From: an uncultured virus (IMG/VR IMGVR_UViG_3300026430_000073)
Lineage: Duplodnaviria; Heunggongvirae; Uroviricota; Caudoviricetes
IMG/VR virus record: IMGVR_UViG_3300026430_000073
Coordinates: 1 to 64,000 of that record
DNA: 64,000 bases
Reading direction: 5' to 3' (one strand)
Shown here one piece after another: positions 63,501-64,000 of the stretch. A program made the translations under genes and the position numbers. The notes under the pieces are model-generated. The model was not told where the DNA came from. It was given only the letters and a program-made list of their open reading frames with translations, and ran no database searches. The number at the start of each line of letters is the position of its first letter. Within the stretch, counting starts at the first letter, position 1.

Positions 63501-64000
63501 CAGACGCGCTCTGCGGCGTTCTTTGGCGTGACGATGATTACCTTGTTGGCATGCAGGGACGCTGCGATAACGAGGTCTGTGACGGTCTTACCGGTACCTG
63601 CACCTGCATCGAGCATGTAGCCCTTCAGACGGTAGGCTGGGACCATCTTCCCGAACACTTCCACGAACTCACGCTGGAATGGCTTCAGGGTGAAGCTTAC
63701 GGTCTTGTCGGCTACACTGATGTCAGTGATCGGAGTGATGTCCTTACCGACTTGGCCGAGCCAGGTCTTCTCTTCGAGCTCCTCGATGATCTTACCCAGG
63801 ATACGCTTTGGCATGCTGGTGTATTTCTCGTCGTAGAGGCGACGGCAGATGTAGAGGAAGTCGAGGCCGAAGAAGTGTCGCAGCTTGAATTCGCTCGACC
63901 GTACTTGAGAGAACATGTACTTGGCGATGGTGTTGTTACCCCATACGCGATACATGTCCTTGGTGAACGATAAGGTACTGAATCCTTCCACCACGATATA
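60578..64000 (-). CDS. SF2 helicase fused to ART-like and head-protein-like domains (5' end probably outside window)
   Basis: GTGKT, DESH, SGTP, 'QTIARANRLGQ'; then LYHGS...WLYAT domain; then a C-terminal domain. Domains are separated by S/A-X-E motifs. Confidence 0.8.
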   Translation of the reverse strand, partial: YIVVEGFSTLSFTKDMYRVWGNNTIAKYMFSQVRSSEFKLRHFFGLDFLYICRRLYDEKYTSMPKRILGKIIEELEEKTWLGQVGKDITPITDISVADKTVSFTLKPFQREFVEVFGKMVPAYRLKGYMLDAGAGTGKTVTDLVIAASLHANKVIIVTPKNAAERVWEATIKDIVLKKQPYWLSVGNKPPSVNDYYFICHYESLEQMLAFVKANPQAFKNTFVILDESHNFNRIASDRTQFFIELCNLPQVTYNLWASGTPIQALGTECIPFLKCVDPLFDSYCEEAFRKIYGRDAKRANDILRNRIGHLKYHVPQQDVVHTEVIVETVKVSMPNAKDYTLENIGKLLREFIDKRREHYAKHRLDYVKFYEDGLKVFKQTLKTDQQKRQFEAYQSAFKVIAGRFDPQTMKAEAQLCNQYELKTIIPVLNNPLKNNFKGARSVIKYVDLKIMGEALGTIVGGMRSKCHVEMVKHIDFNKYIDDAEKKTLIFTSYVEVLESVADIVDSNGYKSGRVYGATNKDLASIVGQFYKDEDLNPLCATYQSLSTAVPLTAANTILMINQPFRDAIRTQTIARANRLGQDKNVYVFDFLLDTGDMPNISTRSNDILLWSQNQVSQILGVNNVDVDTLALESASVDEYSTEVFDLLVDAGDLLAQILGIDKFLDRIGARTNLTNQGRTGWGNEAYSKESVGFDVPHYLYHGSMYKQGELMPGFQRSGELVRWDGVESNEWLYATTDREDAIMLGIGSALEKEFRVDRYSYDAKTRKLVITSPDNITPADVRKAQVFLYTIKGENSDEWLPNFNQQNGIENEYKTQNTIDESIIKTEQVDISKVLANYRLEIVKSKAEYSTESFSQVMSNLKKMIFGDNREDKKKHLPTKPWMSTKEIKALLEYIDDYFGNDSWLSKQQFNVDVPSNGIIQALSYDGKFTTTNPMSAINGHLNDYKTKAAKFASQLKEMDSAVQRVYGKYEKPLIAAAKADQHDKFEELIREAVKAYDDIPVPMAKMTPVKVIGSVEVYFDKNDRWMFGGNVEGKETEVKSPARIPALDRNGFIAAVKIIRECLKMRESSDFYQSWLDFEDGSDFSNVIHEYDEMLYMDYYDQYYHQTVGQAIVEGFPDSSSVGGDVIIALMAWMERSIK

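Noticed and set aside
1..64000. CRISPR array, rRNA, IS/integrase, or stop-codon reassignment
   Set aside because: No regularly spaced repeats, rRNA or transposase motifs were seen. Genes tile densely under the standard code using all three stops.

Overview
This window is a segment of a phiKZ-like (chimallivirus-type) jumbo phage genome, probably infecting Pseudomonas, since it encodes a close homologue of the Pseudomonas regulator AmrZ. Both ends carry minus-strand virion genes: paralogous inner-head proteins with S/A/G-X-E protease motifs, and an SF2 helicase polyprotein. The roughly 56 kb between them is a dense plus-strand early/middle region. It encodes nucleotide metabolism (tmk, thyA, DHFR, dcd, NUDIX), a probable NAD+ reconstitution pair (PRPS-like + NAMPT-like), SLOG/ligase-fragment/macro proteins, several phosphatases, a QueC-like protein, spanins and many small hypothetical proteins. 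Recurring promoter (TAAA...CACATT) and terminator motifs punctuate it. The most unusual feature is the RNA cluster at about 26.5-29.7 kb. Four ordinary tRNAs (Ile, Tyr, Asn, Gln; all ending in CCA) are followed by tRNA-shaped RNAs with no anticodon, which end in N-CC-TATT. In two of these, the anticodon loop is replaced by a complete, circularly permuted second tRNA body, giving a double-elbow 'tRNA within a tRNA'. All calls come from reading motifs by eye; no database searches or folding programs were run.
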